Source: Vibrio vulnificus CMCP6
GTDB lineage: Bacteria; Pseudomonadota; Gammaproteobacteria; Enterobacterales; Vibrionaceae
Direction: 5' to 3'
Assembly: GCF_000039765.1 (NCBI RefSeq)
Contig: NC_004460.2
Coordinates: 510,001-542,000, forward strand
Length of the DNA: 32,000 bases
Part shown: one piece after another, positions 21,401 to 25,500 of the stretch
Layout of the letters: each line of letters opens with the position of its first letter
Numbering within the stretch: the stretch's first letter is position 1
Notes under the pieces: model-generated
Told to the model about the DNA's origin: nothing
The model's input: the letters and a program-made list of their open reading frames with translations, nothing else
Databases searched by the model: none
Position numbers and translations under genes: made by a program

Positions 21401-22086
21401 CCCGCACCTTGCAAGGTAATATCGCCCACTTTGCCTTTACGGACCAAATGGTTGTCAGCACCAGCCCCACGGAAAGTAATGTTGCCGGTTTCAACACGTG
21501 AACTGATGCTGTTTGCCGCGCCAGCGCCATCAAACGTCACATCACCACGCGAGCCTTGATAACGGTTGAACCAAGTACGGTCTAGTTTATTGCCCGCTCC
21601 TGCGCCAGCAAAAGAGAGATTACCTTGGTTGGTTTCATGCCAAAGGGCATTGTAACCGCCAGCGCCTTTAAAGGTGACGTTGCCGCTCAAACCTTTGCGG
21701 GTAATGCCATTATAAGCCGCTGCACCGCCGTAACTGACATCACCATGATTACCTAAGTGGTCAATCGACACACCGCCAGCGGCACCAGCGAATGACACAT
21801 TGCCATCGCCACTTTTATTAATGTCTGCATACCCAGCTGCGCCTTTTACAGAAAGGTGCCCAGTGGTGTCTTCCACTCTTAGATATGCCGAACCGCCTAC
21901 GACCGTATCATTGCCGCTGCCGGTATAAACCGTTGCACCAATCGATCCGACAGTGACATGATCATCACCACCGTAGGCATGGATTTCTCCACCAAAACCG
22001 ATAGCAACAATACTGTTGTTTCCATCGTCGGCGGAATAGTTCCCTGTGAAGAAGTATTCAACACTTCTCCAAAATGGTTTTCCCAT
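6466..22086 (-). CDS. rtxA: MARTX toxin RtxA (5206 aa), modular repeats-in-toxin with five effector domains and CPD
   Basis: A single uninterrupted 15,621-nt ORF with N-terminal glycine-rich A and B repeats, an internal effector array, an InsP6-type cysteine protease domain, and C-terminal GGxGxD repeats. The ATG at 22086 has AAAGAAGAG upstream, 22 nt after the rtxC stop. Confidence 0.98.
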   Translation of the reverse strand: MGKPFWRSVEYFFTGNYSADDGNNSIVAIGFGGEIHAYGGDDHVTVGSIGATVYTGSGNDTVVGGSAYLRVEDTTGHLSVKGAAGYADINKSGDGNVSFAGAAGGVSIDHLGNHGDVSYGGAAAYNGITRKGLSGNVTFKGAGGYNALWHETNQGNLSFAGAGAGNKLDRTWFNRYQGSRGDVTFDGAGAANSISSRVETGNITFRGAGADNHLVRKGKVGDITLQGAGASNRIERTRQAEDVYAQTRGNIRFEGVGGYNSLYSDVAHGDIHFSGGGAYNTITRKGSGSSFDAQGMEYAKAEDIVLTAAQMHGLSIDNGNKFHAVTAVKSEREPNTYLFAIADGTYTKINKVRLYNDPETGKLKYYSEAWFKRGNHLAELARSDVSSAGGFEVNPINGGYTLSNIAVEHQQSLTVHAVEKDLTEYEWVTYANGALIDAKDVALSEAKMGGHAISTDGTTVDVQAVKSNRKPNTYVYAKVLGPYTKIVVVELANDPKTGALKYQARSWYKEGNHTANLANEDISSANGYHSMGKGGYSLSDLHYSVNAVRSTSETVADIDEYTDQTLFKPATDSGESSGDVRFNGAGGGNVIKSNVTRGNVYFNGGGIANVILHSSQFGHTEFNGGGAANVIVKSGEEGDLTFRGAGLANVLVHQSKQGKMDVYAGGAVNVLVRIGDGQYLAHLLAYGNISVHKGNGNSRVVMLGGYNTHTQIGSGNGLWLAAGGFNVMTQVGKGDVASVLAGGANVLTKVGDGDLTAGMLGGANVITHISGDNETSNTTAVALGGANILTKKGKGNTLAVMGGGANVLTHVGDGTTTGVMVGGANILTKVGNGDTTGIMLGVGNVLTHVGDGQTLGVMGAAGNIFTKVGDGTSIAVMIGAGNIFTHVGEGNAWALMGGLGNVFTKVGNGDALALMVAEANVFTHIGDGMSVALMLAKGNVATKVGNGTTLAAMVGNANIFTHVGSGSTFAAMIGQANIMTKVGNDLTAALMVGKANIYTHVGDGTSLGIFAGEVNVMTKVGNGTTLAAMFGKANIMTHVGDGLTGVLALGEANIVTKVGDDFMGVVAAAKANVVTHVGDATTAAVLAGKGNILTKVGEGTTVGLLISDIGNVMTHVGDGTTIGIAKGKANIITKVGDGLGVNVAWGQANVFTQVGDGDRYNFAKGEANIITKVGDGQEVSVVQGKANIITHVGNGDDYTGAWGKANVITKVGNGRNVVLAKGEANIVTQVGDGDSFNALWSKGNIVTKVGDGMQVTAAKGKANITTTVGDGLSVTAAYGDANINTKVGDGVSVNVAWGKYNINTKVGDGLNVAVMKGKANANIHVGDGLNINASYAQNNVAIKVGNGDFYSLAVASSNTSSNKLSALFDNIKQTLLGVGGSQAINYLVQGDEASSSGTQKGRGAIATPEITKLDGFQMEAIEEVGSDLGDSLTGSVTKVDTPDLNKMQNALDVDGSADQTQAPNLIVNGDFEQGDRGWKSTHGVEASYSGNVYGVNGEGHGARVTELDTYTNTSLYQDLTDLTEGEVIAVSFDFAKRAGLSNNEGIEVLWNGEVVFSSSGDASAWQQKTLKLTAHAGSNRIEFKGTGHNDGLGYILDNVVAKSESSQQANAVSEHATQNQASQNALSDKERAEADRQRLEQEKQKQLDAVAGSQSQLESTDQQALGNNGQAQRDAVKEESEAVTAELTKLAQGLDVLDGQATHSGESGDQWRNDFAGGLLDGVQSQLDDAKQLANDKIAAAKQAQSDNNSKVKESVAKSEAGVAKGEQNRAGAEQDIAEAKADAETRKADAVAKSNDAKQAESDAHSAANDAQSRGDRDTMNAENKANQAQNDAKGTKQNEGDRPDREGVAGSGLSGNAHSVEGAGETGSHVTTDSQTNADGRFSEGLSEQEQEALEGATNAVNRLQINAGIRGKNSGSTITSMFTETNSDSIVVPTTASQDLVRKEIRISGVNLEGLGETSHDSAESLVAARAEKVANLYRWLDTDNDVATDKYVPVPGFERVDADVSDEVKQRMIQSMSGYIEHTDNQVPKDQAEALATLFVEATLDYDWDKRVEFLTKLESYGYSFEAPHAEKSIVSFWSGKNFKQYRDVLDNAQTDGKKVVYDIDVKGNAFAIDLNKHLMRWGGLFLDPDNAEQNQLKSSIDAATFSNTGFWSSVYATGAQNDVYVIAEGGVRLGNYFWNVELPALRQLQREGLVGEIRLLDKPVSEYKDLPADQIGRRLTDAGVAVKVRFDALSHERQAELLADNPDGYKADTLVELDVKLSAIDSMLRESLPFYSLRTERNLLVQEGEEGFEVRSWPGIDGKSKTILLDNPEDAAQQKSIERFILANFDNFEQMPDELFLVDNKVLSHHDGRTRIIVQKEDGAWTYNTNVELMSVTELLDAAHVNGKVRGDSYQQVIDALTEYHASTVEHADYELESVEKLLNLRKQIEGYVLGHPDSGRVEAMNSLLNQVNSRLEEVSVLAVSEQSIKAHDSFSRLYDQLDNANLKESKHLYLDGNGDFVTKGKGNLATIDQLGGSDAVLEKVKAAVTHEYGQVVADTIFAGLSANDLAKDGKGIDIAGLNKVHQAIEQHMSPVSATMYIWKPSDHSALGHAALQIGQGRTQLEGQAAADFNKQNYVSWWPLGSKSSNIRNIFNVATEDQPDLKLRWSDFSQPAHQNDTLEHDMASEENDGFGLKDGETKLKRFIEKLNAAKGIDASYKDASEGYASVLLGNPDMLASTGIPAHVFQPFVDQWNDTSYDMMDVANRFAEELQKQAQASGDPALVEKRIDNVVRLFAERALEEIEAFKASQADEGRVFRINLEGLDVAAMQAEWNRLSNDPDARYQLLTKNCSSTVAKVLKAGGADKLIGHTWRPKFGVWTPTELFNFGQALQEAQLEIAAKKQSHQVTDVLDALSGNEKHKENVAIENDGTPPRDKESLSPLTRFLNNELYGEKDARRKIGEITQTLLDHAVENGESQKVTLKGEAGRLTGYYHQGAVSSEGETSATSGKVVLFLHGSGSSAEEQASEIRNHYQKQGIDMLAVNLRGYGESDGGPSEKGLYQDARTMFNYLVNDKGIDPSNIIIHGYSMGGPIAADLARYAAQNGQAVSGLLLDRPMPSMTKAITAHEVANPAGIVGAIAKAVNGQFSVEKNLKGLPKETPILLLTDNEGLGEEGEKLRAKLAIAGYNVTGEQTFYGHEASNRLMGQYVDQIVSGLFNAEQAAVEAGEVLKGLEKDFKRYGDALKPDTSVPGKSKDIRTTKDFLNGYKNDHAKEIVDGFRSDMSIKQLVDLFVKGNWSAEQKGALAWEIESRALKVTFQNKSEKYNRLFREIASAGVVDAKATEQLAPQLMLLNLSNDGFGGRCDPLSKLVLVAKQLENDGQVGVARQLLEKMYSAAAVLSNPTLYSDSEKANASKLLSSLAAIHAKNPMHDTSMKVWQEKLEGKQALTVNGVVEKITDASANGKPVLLELDAPGHAMAAWAKGSGDDRVYGFYDPNAGIVEFSSAEKFGDYLTRFFGKSDLNMAQSYKLGKNDAGEAIFNRVVVMDGNTLASYKPTFGDKTTMQGILDLPVFDATPIKKPTGGVASDLEALGDKTKVVVDLAQIFTVQELKERAKVFAKPIGASYQGILDQLDLVHQAKGRDQIAASFELNKKINDYIAEHPTSGRNQALTQLKEQVTSALFIGKMQVAQAGIDAIAQTRPELAARIFMVAIEEANGKHVGLTDMMVRWANEDPYLAPKHGYKGETPSDLGFDAKYHVDLGEHYADFKQWLETSQSNGLLSKATLDESTKTVHLGYSYQELQDLTGAESVQMAFYFLKEAAKKADPISGDSAEMILLKKFADQSYLSQLDSDRMDQIEGIYRSSHETDIDAWDRRYSGTGYDELTNKLASATGVDEQLAVLLDDRKGLLIGEVHGSDVNGLRFVNEQMDALKKQGVTVIGLEHLRSDLAQPLIDRYLATGVMSSELSAMLKTKHLDVTLFENARANGMRIVALDANSSARPNVQGTEHGLMYRAGAANNIAVEVLQNLPDGEKFVAIYGKAHLQSHKGIEGFVPGITHRLDLPALKVSDSNQFTVEQDDVSLRVVYDDVANKPKITFKGSLSGANTALHNQNVNDWERVVVTPTADGGESRFDGQIIVQMENDDVVAKAAANLAGKHPESSVVVQIDSDGNYRVVYGDPSKLDGKLRWQLVGHGRDDSESNNTRLSGYSADELAVKLAKFQQSFNQAENINNKPDHISIVGCSLVSDDKQKGFGHQFINAMDANGLRVDVSVRSSELAVDEAGRKHTKDANGDWVQKAENNKVSLSWDEQGEVVAKDERIRNGIAEGDIDLSRIGVSDVDEPARGAIGGNNDVFDAPEKRKAETETSSSSANNKLSYSGNIQVNVGDGEFTAVNWGTSNVGIKVGTGGFKSLAFGDNNVMVHIGNGESKHSFDIGGYQALEGAQMFIGNRNVSFNLGRSNDLIVMMDKSIPTPPLVNPFDGAARISGVLQSIATSGEGQDWLAAQEQQWTLSGAKKFVKDMSGLDQSSSVDYTSLVELDSQNERSSRGLKHDAEAALNKQYNQWLSGNSDSDTSKLSRADKLRQANEKLAFNFAVGGQGADIQVTTGNWNFMFGDNIQSILDTNLGSLFGLMTQQFSATGQAKTTFTYTPEDLPRQLKNKLLGQLAGVGAETTLADIFGVDYTASGHIVSRNGEAVDGVAILKEMLEVIGEFSGDQLQAFVDPAKLLDSLKSGINMGADGIKSFAETHGLKEKAPEEEEDNSSVSVNGANVNSAQGATVADGSTETAETPDRAFGFNSLNLPNLFATIFSQDKQKEMKSLVENLKENLTADLLNMKEKTFDFLRNSGHLQGDGDINISLGNYNFNWGGDGKDLGAYLGDNNNFWGGRGDDVFYATGTSNIFTGGEGNDMGVLMGRENMMFGGDGNDTAVVAGRINHVFLGAGDDQSFVFGEGGEIDTGSGRDYVVTSGNFNRVDTGDDQDYSVTIGNNNQVELGAGNDFANVFGNYNRINASAGNDVVKLMGYHAVLNGGEGEDHLIAAAISKFSQFNGGEGHDLMVLGGYQNTFKGGTDVDSFVVSGDVIDNLVEDIRSEDNIVFNGIDWQKLWFERSGYDLKLSILRDPASDSDQAKFEHIGSVTFSDYFNGNRAQVIIAMGEKDATGEREYTTLSESAIDALVQAMSGFDPQAGDNGFIDNLDSKSRVAITTAWADVVHKKGITV
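6469..6888 (-). other. RtxA C-terminal ~140 aa: post-repeat capping region and presumed T1SS secretion signal (aa ~5067-5206)
   Basis: A non-repeat tail (..NIVFNGIDWQKLWFERSGYDLKLSILRD..VTFSDYFNG..) follows the calcium-binding repeats. T1SS substrates carry uncleaved C-terminal signals. The boundary is approximate. Confidence 0.6.
6889..7572 (-). repeat. RtxA C repeats: ~12 copies of an ~18-19-aa GGxGxD-containing RTX-type calcium-binding repeat (aa 4839-~5066)
   Basis: GGDGKD, GGRGDD, GGEGND, GGDGND, GAGDDQ, TGSGRD, TGDDQD, GAGNDF, SAGNDV, GGEGED, GGEGHD and GGTDVD recur at 18-20-aa spacing. Gly4839 was anchored to codon 7570-7572. Confidence 0.85.
8722..8985 (-). repeat. RtxA C-terminal B-like repeats (aa ~4368-4455)
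   Basis: NVGDGE, KVGTGG, HIGNGE and FIGNRN units at ~20-aa spacing resemble the N-terminal B repeats. Confidence 0.6.
9172..9819 (-). other. RtxA cysteine protease domain (CPD, InsP6-activated autoprocessing), aa 4090-~4305
   Basis: Catalytic dyad motifs are LVGHGR (His4181, codon 9544-9546) and ISIVGCSL (Cys4230, codon 9397-9399). It begins at a Leu4089/Ser4090 junction. Confidence 0.9.
9820..11349 (-). other. RtxA effector 5: RRSP (Ras/Rap1-specific endopeptidase, formerly DUF5) with N-terminal 4-helix-bundle membrane localisation domain, aa 3580-4089
   Basis: The LLIGEVHGSD motif gives Glu3900 and His3902 (His codon 10381-10383). GLEH gives Glu3930 and YGKAHL gives His4030. These numbers coincide with the published RRSP catalytic-residue numbering as I recall it. 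Confidence 0.88.
11350..12477 (-). other. RtxA effector 4: MCF (Makes caterpillars floppy-like) cysteine protease domain, aa ~3204-3579
   Basis: GGRCDPLS motif with Cys3351 (codon 12034-12036). The C-terminal end is at Leu3579/Gly3580. The N-terminal boundary is approximate. Confidence 0.8.
12478..13383 (-). other. RtxA effector 3: ABH alpha/beta-hydrolase domain, aa 2902-~3203
   Basis: Nucleophile elbow HGYSMGG with Ser3075 (codon 12862-12864), an LFLHGSG oxyanion region, and a C-terminal FYGHEAS histidine. Confidence 0.85.
13384..15030 (-). other. RtxA effector 2: RID (Rho GTPase-inactivation domain, lysine N-epsilon fatty acyltransferase) with N-terminal 4-helix-bundle MLD, aa ~2353-2901
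   Basis: YIWKPSDHSALGHAAL contains His2598 (codon 14293-14295). LLTKNCSSTV contains Cys2838 (codon 13573-13575). The N-terminal boundary with DUF1 is uncertain, somewhere within aa 2332-2386. Confidence 0.8.
15031..16212 (-). other. RtxA effector 1: DUF1-type domain, aa 1959-~2352
   Basis: It begins immediately after the Leu1958/Gly1959 junction (Leu codon 16213-16215). The sequence GETSHDSAESLVAARAEKVANLYRWLDTDND... has no catalytic motif I recognise. The position and my memory of V. vulnificus RtxA1 indicate DUF1. Confidence 0.65.
16213..17277 (-). other. RtxA low-complexity Q/A/K/D/E-rich, probably helical or coiled-coil segment plus conserved pre-effector linker (aa ~1604-1958)
   Basis: Runs such as SDKERAEADRQRLEQEKQKQLDAV and AEAKADAETRKADAVAKSNDAKQAESDAHSAANDAQ. 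Confidence 0.6.
17278..17700 (-). other. RtxA jelly-roll / carbohydrate-binding-module-like domain (aa 1463-1603)
   Basis: It opens with PNLIVNGDFEQGDRGW and closes with GLGYILDNVVA, the typical first and last strands of CBM4/9- or DUF642-type beta-sandwiches. Length is ~140 aa. Pro1463 was anchored to codon 17698-17700. The assignment is by motif only. Confidence 0.5.
18031..20049 (-). repeat. RtxA B repeats: ~36 tandem 20-aa units (GxANIxTKVGDGxTxAxM type), aa ~680-1352
   Basis: I counted 33 canonical (T/I)(K/H/Q)VG(D/N)G cores plus 3 degenerate leading copies at strict 20-aa (60-nt) spacing. Short nucleotide cores such as TCACCCACTTTGGTGA recur on the + strand. Confidence 0.9.
20053..20352 (-). 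repeat. RtxA A repeats, second block (5 copies, aa 579-678)
   Basis: DVRFNGAGGGNVIKSNVTRG / NVYFNGGGIANVILHSSQFG / HTEFNGGGAANVIVKSGEEG / DLTFRGAGLANVLVHQSKQG / KMDVYAGGAVNVLVRIGDGQ. Confidence 0.85.
20365..21186 (-). repeat. Tandem duplication of a 137-aa module inside the A-repeat region (aa 301-437 and 438-574)
   Basis: The two copies align at a constant offset of 137 aa: VKSEREPNTYLFA(328) vs VKSNRKPNTYVYA(465), NDPETGKLKYYSEAWFKRGNH(356) vs NDPKTGALKYQARSWYKEGNH(493), and GGYTLSNI vs GGYSLSDL. Confidence 0.85.
21223..21858 (-). repeat. RtxA A repeats, first block (~10 copies of a 19-28-aa GxxxF-x-GAGxxN unit, aa 77-288)
   Basis: NVSFAGAAGG, DVSYGGAAAY, NVTFKGAGGY, NLSFAGAGAG, DVTFDGAGAA, NITFRGAGAD, DITLQGAGAS, NIRFEGVGGY and DIHFSGGGAY recur. 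Confidence 0.85.
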
Positions 22087-22108
22087 AAGCCAAACTCTTC
22101 TTTAGGAG

Positions 22109-22570
22109 TTAAATAGAAAACCACTGTATCTTTCTGATACAGCGGTCATTTTGAGCATCCACTTTGCCGCGAACAGTGCAGACCTTCTGCCCTTTCCACG
22201 GTAAAAATACACGGCGACGAAGATCGTTAACGACCTCTCTGCCATGCCCGAATGGAGCAATCATCTCTGGAATGTAGATATGCTGGCCTGAACGCCAGTC
22301 GGATGGAGATATTTCACGCACTCCAGATAACAGCTCATCTCGGATCTGCTCAGAGACAAACGCCCAATTACAAAATGCAATTGGGCGTCCGTGCTCATCT
22401 TCGTAGTAGCAAAACTGGTTTAGCTCAAAAGCAGGCAGAATACGCTGCTGCCATTCTGCAACCACGTAGCGACGATGAAGGGGCGAATGCTGGCTGAGCA
22501 GCATGACACCACCTATCATCTGTTGCATTTGCGCTAATGTGAGATTTGCTGGTTGATGTGTAATAGACAT
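22109..22570 (-). CDS. rtxC: RTX toxin-activating lysine acyltransferase (HlyC/TAAT family)
   Basis: Motifs SPLHRRY (equivalent to the catalytic His of HlyC), FCNWAF and DW..G......MIAPFG align to HlyC from memory. I prefer the ATG at 22570 (MSITHQ..., 153 aa) over the TTG at 22588 in the ORF track. Confidence 0.9.
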   Translation of the reverse strand: MSITHQPANLTLAQMQQMIGGVMLLSQHSPLHRRYVVAEWQQRILPAFELNQFCYYEDEHGRPIAFCNWAFVSEQIRDELLSGVREISPSDWRSGQHIYIPEMIAPFGHGREVVNDLRRRVFLPWKGQKVCTVRGKVDAQNDRCIRKIQWFSI

Positions 22571-22595
22571 CTGCCCTATATCAACCAATATGCTG

Positions 22596-22955
22596 TTATT
22601 TTTTTGCTTGGGAAGTGCGTTTTTTCGGAGCGGCTTTCTCTTCCACGAGAGTTTCCGCTGATGATTCTTCCGCCTGATTTACCGCAGCATCACCTGCTGG
22701 TAGAAAACCGGCTGCAACAAGCTTGTCAAATTCAGCTTCCATTCTTGGATCTTCTAGCATGTTCTTAATCATCGATACCATATACATAAAACCAGAGGCA
22801 GGCATATGGACAACTTGCTTAAGTTCAAGATCATTATCGCTTTCAGCCATTACGCCATTCGCCATATTTTTTTGATCCTGACCTACGAAATAAAGAGAAA
22901 AAACACCTTTATTGTAGTTAACACTAGATACTGTTTGAACAAACTTCTCAGTCAT
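22596..22955 (-). CDS. rtxH: RtxH, small conserved MARTX-locus protein of unknown function (119 aa)
   Basis: First gene of the rtxHCA transcription unit, by position. It has a compact N-terminal ~85 aa and an acidic-then-basic tail (..AEESSAETLVEEKAAPKKRTSQAKK). I recognise no catalytic motif. Confidence 0.8.
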   Translation of the reverse strand: MTEKFVQTVSSVNYNKGVFSLYFVGQDQKNMANGVMAESDNDLELKQVVHMPASGFMYMVSMIKNMLEDPRMEAEFDKLVAAGFLPAGDAAVNQAEESSAETLVEEKAAPKKRTSQAKK

Positions 22956-23394
22956 AAATTTCCCCTACTTATTTTATATAGATAAGACGAAAATTGTTCC
23001 TTTTAAAAGGAATCACTCTCCGCCTGCAAGCTCAATTAAAAGGCAAAATATAAGAATTCAGCCATAAATAATTATTGTAATGTTTATTTTGTGTCGAAAT
23101 ATTACATCGTAAAACAGTGGTCATCAATAGACTTAAATCGATTATATTAGAGCAATTATTCTATTTTTATCGACCATTATTCACTCAATTCCATATTCAT
23201 GTAACAATCACCTTGATTACCTATTAACGTGATATGCATCATTCATTTGAATCAAATTTGTGCAATAAACACACAACAAAGACCAATAAACGAGCAAAAC
23301 AGTCCGCAATTGATGATTGATCGTGTTAACAAGCGGTGATAGGATTCCGCCCCTTCAAAAACGCTGCAATAAACATCGGCTAAGTAATTTAATT
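22956..23394. promoter_or_regulatory. Divergent rtxHCA / rtxBDE control region (very AT-rich; expected H-NS/HlyU target)
   Basis: A 439-bp spacer between divergent operons. By my count only 14 G+C in the 60 nt 23041-23100. It contains the palindromes TTCCTTTTAAAAGGAA (22997-23012) and TAATT-T-AATTA (23385-23395). No promoter elements are assigned. Confidence 0.65.
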
Positions 23395-25500
23395 ATGTCC
23401 AACAATGAAGGGTTGACGCTGATATGTATTCACTTTTATTTAAGTATCATCAGCGGTAATAGAGAACAATTTAAAGAAAATGCTAATTTAACAAAAACTA
23501 ATAATTACAAAGATGAACTCGAAAAAATACAAAAAGCAAACAAAGTAAGAATAACCACAAAACATTCACAATTTAAAAACATAGAGAAAATAAAAACACC
23601 CGCCATTTTATTTGATTCACAAGGTGCACCATTTATTCTAGCAAAGGCTAATAAAGATAAATGTTTAATACAAAGACCTAATAAAGAAAGTCCGGAAGTG
23701 GTCTCTTATCACGAACTTAACTCGACTTGGAACAAAAAGTTCCTAGAAATAAAACAAGCACAAGCTCGCTTTGACATCACTTGGTTCATTCCCGAATTTC
23801 TTCAGCATAAACGAGTCTTGGGTGAGATTCTGTTGTTCTCTTTTGTTCTGCAGATCCTCGCACTTATTTCGCCCCTTTTTTTCCAAGTGGTAATGGATAA
23901 AGTGCTGGTTCACCAAGCTTGGTCAACACTGGATGTGCTGGTGTTTGGCCTCGTGGTTACCGGGGTGATCGAAGTGGTCCTTCGTGGTCTACGTGAATAT
24001 CAGTATGCCCACACGGCCAATCGCATTGACATACAACTCGGACTAAAACTGGTTAAGCATCTGTTTGGTCTACCGTTAATGTTTTTTAAGTCCCGCCAAG
24101 TCGGGGCGATTGTCACACGTGTACGAGAACTCGACACCGTGCGCGAGTTTTTGACTGGCTCCATGTTTACTCTAACGGTCGAACTGCTGTTTATGTTCGT
24201 CTTCCTGTATGTAATGAGTTTACTTTCCGGCCCGCTCACTTGGCTTTTCATCGCCACAATACCGTGTTACGCCCTTCTTGCTTGGTGGTTAACACCAAGA
24301 ATGCAGGCAGCGATTGAAAAGCAGTTTTCACATGCTGCGGCAAACACATCCTTTCTTACCGAAACAGTAGCAGGCAGTGAAACACTGAAAAGTTTGGCGG
24401 TTGAGCCGCGCTTTATTCGTCGCTGGGATGAACAAACCGAAAAAATGGTCTCAACCGGTTACGATGTTCAACAGCTCAATAATCGCTCAAACCACCTAGT
24501 TCAATTGCTGCAAAAAATCACCAGTGTGGCGATCTTGTGGCTTGGGGCAACGGAAGTACTCTCTCTTGAAATGACCATCGGTCAATTGATCGCTTTCAAT
24601 ATGATGACCAATCACATCGCCCAACCGCTAGCGCGTATGGTCGAATTGTGGGGGCAATTTATTCAAACCCGCGTCGCCGTCGAAAAACTCGGGGATATGC
24701 TCAACCTGCCAGTAGAACAACACACAGGAAGTGACATTGTCACACTTCATGGGGCCGTCTCGTTTAAAAATATCCTCTTTCGTTACCAACCGGACATTCC
24801 CCCCACCATCAACGACTTGTCATTGGACATACGAGCGGGTGAAACATTGGGCGTTGTCGGCACGTCAGGTTCAGGAAAAAGCACCTTAGCTCGCTTACTG
24901 TTGCGACTTTATAGTCCAGAACAAGGCAGCATCACGATTGATGGCATTCCACTCAATCACATCCACATTCAGCAGTTGAGACAACAAGTGGGGGTGGTAC
25001 TACAAGAAAACTTCTTATTTAACAAAAGTGTGAGTGAGAACATCGCCCAGTCGAAGCCCGATGCCAGCTTAGAAGAAATTATTGAAGCGGCGAAACTCTC
25101 AGGCGCGCACGAATTCATCCTCAAGTTACCCATGGGTTACGACACCATTTTAGCGGAAGGCGGACAATCTCTCTCTGGCGGCCAAAGGCAGCGACTCGCG
25201 ATTGCACGAACACTGCTGTCGGATCCAAAAGTATTGATTTTGGATGAAGCCACCAGCGCCCTAGACGATGAATCTCAGGCGTTAATTCAATCCAACATGG
25301 CCAACATCGCCCGAGGCCGCACCGTGATCACTATCGCTCATCGCTTGTCTACCGTGCGCGATTGCGATCGCATCATTGTGCTTCATCAAGGCGCGATTGT
25401 TGAGCAAGGCTCGCATCAGCAGTTACTCACCCACGGCAAACAATACAAACAGTTATGGCAGCTTCAGCAAGAGCTCAAACAAGAGGAAACCACCGCATGA
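23395..25500 (+). CDS. rtxB: MARTX type I secretion ABC transporter ATPase/permease RtxB (C39-like domain + TMD + NBD)
   Basis: HlyB-like architecture with Walker A GTSGSGKST, signature LSGGQRQR, Walker B VLILDEATSALD and H-loop TIAHRL. I prefer the ATG at 23395 (MSNNEGLTLICIHFYL, 701 aa), which aligns in length with the HlyB N-terminus, over the TTG at 23317. Confidence 0.92.
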   Translation: MSNNEGLTLICIHFYLSIISGNREQFKENANLTKTNNYKDELEKIQKANKVRITTKHSQFKNIEKIKTPAILFDSQGAPFILAKANKDKCLIQRPNKESPEVVSYHELNSTWNKKFLEIKQAQARFDITWFIPEFLQHKRVLGEILLFSFVLQILALISPLFFQVVMDKVLVHQAWSTLDVLVFGLVVTGVIEVVLRGLREYQYAHTANRIDIQLGLKLVKHLFGLPLMFFKSRQVGAIVTRVRELDTVREFLTGSMFTLTVELLFMFVFLYVMSLLSGPLTWLFIATIPCYALLAWWLTPRMQAAIEKQFSHAAANTSFLTETVAGSETLKSLAVEPRFIRRWDEQTEKMVSTGYDVQQLNNRSNHLVQLLQKITSVAILWLGATEVLSLEMTIGQLIAFNMMTNHIAQPLARMVELWGQFIQTRVAVEKLGDMLNLPVEQHTGSDIVTLHGAVSFKNILFRYQPDIPPTINDLSLDIRAGETLGVVGTSGSGKSTLARLLLRLYSPEQGSITIDGIPLNHIHIQQLRQQVGVVLQENFLFNKSVSENIAQSKPDASLEEIIEAAKLSGAHEFILKLPMGYDTILAEGGQSLSGGQRQRLAIARTLLSDPKVLILDEATSALDDESQALIQSNMANIARGRTVITIAHRLSTVRDCDRIIVLHQGAIVEQGSHQQLLTHGKQYKQLWQLQQELKQEETTA

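Noticed and set aside
23317-23394. Upstream extensions of ORF-track models: rtxB from TTG 23317, rtxD from 25455, rtxC from TTG 22588, MCP from TTG 3381, and SBP from TTG 30211.
   Set aside because: In each case an internal ATG gives an N-terminus that matches family expectations (HlyB-like length for RtxB, ATGA coupling for RtxD, 153-aa RtxC, an SD for the MCP). The extensions would run through the AT-rich promoter region or the upstream gene. The start sites remain unverified experimentally.
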